A stretch of 63,739 bases of DNA, counting the filler, from Hausera hauseri (Eukaryota): NCBI GenBank assembly GCA_046269625.1. It is 10 parts of 10 records of this genome, joined end to end, with 100 filler letters (N's around TTAATTAATTAA, not from the genome) between each part and the next. Parts side by side here need not be neighbours in the genome. Positions count along the whole stretch, not along the records: positions 59,752 to 63,739 come from JBJURY010837192.1; 9 more parts are not named here. The stretch is one strand, 5' to 3'. Below are positions 60,599 through 63,739 of the stretch, piece after piece. The stretch's first letter is position 1. The number at the start of each line of letters is the position of its first letter. The notes under the pieces are model-generated. The model saw only the letters and a program-made list of their open reading frames with translations. It did not search any database and was not told the DNA's origin. The translations under genes and the position numbers were made by a program.

Positions 60599-62284
60599 AA
60601 CAAGATTGTCAATGGAATATATGGTCTCCATGGAGCCAATGTACTGGCCCGTGTGATCAATCAGTTAGAAACCGAACAAGAACGGTAAAAGATCCACCAG
60701 GTTTAGGTGGTCAACCGTGCGCACCTGATGGAAATGTAGAAAATGAGAACTGCCCCAATTCTTGTGTTTGCGAATGGACTAGTTGGTCTCCTTGGTCACC
60801 ATGCACACAATCATGTGGTGGAGGCACGACAAATTCAACAAGAACTCCTCTGAATTCAGGATGCGACAAAACGAAAGATCCATCTGTTCTGACACTCTCA
60901 TGTAACGAATTCTCGTGTGGAAATATAACGACAAGTTAGCCACTTATAAGTTACTTGATTTTATCGAAATGTAGCTCCGACGTGCAGTGGAAACAAAGTG
61001 TTTATTACATGCCATAACGTATCATGTCCCCGTACGTGCACTGATGTTCAGAATAATGGGGTTGGTTGTCAAGAAACATCTGATTGCAAAACGGGTTGTT
61101 TCTGTGCTCCAGGGTATGTAGAAGATATGTTCGGCACATGTGTTAAAAAGGACACATGTTGCGATATTTCCAAACTTACCTGCAATGAATGGTAAAATTG
61201 ATATTTTCAGCCTGCCTCATTATTTTATAGTGAAATTGGATCGTGTAAAAATGGTAATGCTGTATGCACACCACAAGATAACTGTGATTGTGTATGGAAC
61301 CTATGGGGAGTTTGGTCACCATGCGACAAATCGTGTGGAACCTCCTCAAAAACCCGAACGAGAACAGTTAAAGTTCCTGCAAGAGGAAATGGAAAACAAT
61401 GCAATGATCCAAGTACGGATACAAGCCCATGCGATTTCACGCCATGTACCAATTGTACTGATGCTGTTACTGGAGAGGTAATCATGAGTGGATCAAAAAT
61501 GAACTCAGATGACGTGTGCTATGAATGGTATTTTATTGTATATATATAGCTTAAACCAATTCATCATATCTCATTAAGTTTCTGCAATTACATGAGTATG
61601 AAGGAATGCCGTCTAAAGGACAACAATAGCCTGCCAGGTTAGTTTTATCATTTTGTGGCACACTCATGTTTTATTAAAGATGCCACATGGAACTCATGGT
61701 TGGAATGGTCAGCATGTTCAGGAAATTGTCCAAATGGTACAAGAACAAGAAATAGAGTCTGTATCGATCCATGTCGAGGTGTATCCACACGATGTCAAGG
61801 TGATTTGAGAGAAGTGCAACCTTGTCAAATGTCATGTGTGGTTAGTTTTACTTCAAATGATGCTTTCTAACTTAAACTAGGTTGATTGTGTACCTGGTCA
61901 ATGGAAAAATATTAGTTCATGCAATGCCGAGTGTTGTGTGAATAAAGACGTGGCATTTGGAGTTATTACACAAGTTCGTGACGTTGTGGTTCCAGCTTCA
62001 AATGGCGGTAAAGAGTGTGAAACAAATCGTACGATACCTTGCCAAATGAATTGTCCAGGTATTATCTGATATCCTGTCTCAAACTTACTGTTTCATAGTT
62101 GACTGTCAGGTGATCACTTTCGACACTTCGGCATGTGAAAAACTTTGTTCTCCTAAAGATGACTACTGTGATCCTTCCTGTGGAATAGGAATGATTACGA
62201 AAAGTCCAATTGATATTATAGCAGCCAAAAATGGTGGAAAAGAATGTAGACCAACATATGAACCATGTGATCTCGGAAATTGCT
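60599..62284 (+). CDS. Internal exons of a Cys-rich extracellular protein with TSP1 repeats and a TIL domain (SCO-spondin-like); exons 60599-60934, 60975-61191, 61231-61527, 61579-61637, 61680-61840, 61881-62058, 62099-62284
   Basis: Repeated W..WS.WS.C...CG....R.R motifs and the TIL motif CPRTC...CKTGCFCAPGYV....CV. Six GT-AG introns of 39-51 nt preserve the frame. Confidence 0.9.
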
Positions 62285-62558
62285 GTAAGTGTTTTAAATT
62301 AACCAATGTATAGAATGGGAAACTAAGTTCTGTCCGCAAAATATTTATTAGATAAAATATTATTCAACATGAGAAACCAATGTAAAGTAAATAATAACGC
62401 AATTGGTTACACTTACGGTTACAAGTCATCACGTGGTTACTCCTCAAAATAATCACCGCCACATTCAACACACCGTTGCTATCTTGATGGTAAACAGTCG
62501 TGTGACGTCCGACTGTATTTCATCAACATTTATAAATTTTGTTTCTTCAGAACATTCT

Positions 62559-63400
62559 TTAGTGGAGAGAATAAATAAAAATCGGATAGTGATAGGACTG
62601 GTGAGTATGTGGGAAGGGGTGAGAAATTGTTGTCAAACCAACTACATTATCATGCAAAAAGTAAATATGTTGATTGTTACCAATTAATCTTCTTCTATTT
62701 ATTTGAATGTTCAAACGAAGTTGTTTTAATTGTTCACAATAACCATCTGCATTTGAAGTTAGATTGCGTGCAAAAACTAGCATAGTATTGACACCTTTTG
62801 AATCCCCAAAAATGCTTAAAAGGTGTTTTCTGGATGTCAACTGTTGCGACACACAAGCAGGAGTGGAATCGCCTTCACCGCACCAACTTCGGTTGTGATA
62901 AGATTTTCTAGTGTCCCAGTATATCCAGGTTTCATTAACAGTAATTAATCTGAAAAGGAAACAGTTGTCTTCAACCATATTCAACAGCTCATCACATATT
63001 CGTTCTCTGGCAGCTTTGTTTTCATTAGTAAGGTTGTATAATTTGTACTTTTATATGAATGTATGTTAATGACATAAATTGTACCCGCCTACAGTGGTAA
63101 CGACAAATTGCAATACTGTTCAGTATTTGAAATACGTCGTAAACTAATTTGCCGCTTACGGACGTCTAATCTCCCCAATGTTCTTTTATCACGTTTGGGC
63201 TGTTTTGATAAAACGCTTGATCTCTTCTTGCAACCAAATAGACACGATGCTTGTGATTTTCATCCCTTTTGTATGCTACTACTCAATTCATATTCATCGT
63301 CCTTACTTTTGATGGAGTTGAAATTCTTGGATCACTCAACGCCTTGACGTAAGATTGGTTTGGCTATTATAACAATACACATGAAGTTAAATGTCAAATC
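62559..63400 (-). mobile_element. Mariner-type transposase remnant
   Basis: LFRLITVNETWIY, K.LLSIF.DSKGV, YCEQL..L, FLHDN. Truncated after the second catalytic Asp. Confidence 0.85.
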
Positions 63401-63739
63401 ACCTATTTTTGCCATTTAATTTTGGTGGACACTTTTAAACGTGATATTGTGTTTGTTAAAGAATTGAAATGGAATGTTTTTTGCATGAAATAATTTTGTT
63501 ACATTTAGCAAAACTAAAATAACAGTTGGAGAAACAGTATTGGGTGACTTCACCGTTCTCTTTGAACTCAGATATAGAATTTGAAGGTTTGTATGATGGA
63601 GTTCTGATGGAGCAACTTTTGGAGATTTCTGAAAGTATATCTCATAAATCTGTTTTCAATACTATCCCGTTGTCTGAATTGTGGTGTTTGTGTTTATCCC
63701 AGTTTCCAGTTGCAGGATTGGCCTCATTGCAAATATTGC

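Noticed and set aside
1-63739. Prokaryotic systems (CRISPR arrays, operons, rRNA, tRNA genes)
   Set aside because: None seen. The content is eukaryotic, and the tRNA-like match at 7672-7690 is a primer binding site only.

Overview
This window is not one locus. It is ten eukaryotic contigs joined by nine identical 100-nt artificial spacers (44 N + TTAATTAATTAA + 44 N): C1 1-11523, C2 11624-16200, C3 16301-24075, C4 24176-28526, C5 28627-34668, C6 34769-38994, C7 39095-45323, C8 45424-50184, C9 50285-59651, C10 59752-63739. C9 is teleost DNA: the last exons of sema4g plus hAT, Tc1 and Rex3/Expander repeats. The other contigs look like an AT-rich animal with roughly 30-60 nt introns, plausibly a fish parasite (inference). 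Most of the content is decayed LTR retrotransposons carrying unusual cargo. (1) C1 holds a BEL/Pao element. Its Gag has a full ubiquitin domain ending in GG and two CCCH zinc fingers instead of CCHC knuckles. Its ~1.6 kb LTRs each contain a long ORF and are strongly diverged from each other. (2) C3 and C7 hold two related Gypsy elements whose integrase reads in frame into a membrane-protein extension. In C3 this has an FN3-like domain and TM helix, followed by a REX4/ISG20-like pseudo-exonuclease. In C7 a chuvirus-like class III fusion glycoprotein lies directly upstream of the protease. (3) C5 holds a Gypsy gag preceded by RING, BIR-BIR-RING (IAP) and RING genes. C3, C5 and C7 may be pieces of one family of giant, virus-like, enveloped Gypsy elements. 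Only the C3-C7 link is supported by sequence; adding C5 is inference. Also present: a CsRn1-clade Gypsy, a ZNFX1-like fragment, a homeobox exon, a TSP1/TIL-repeat gene, and mariner, Tc1, MITE and LINE remnants. All domain calls were made by eye from motifs; no database search was run.
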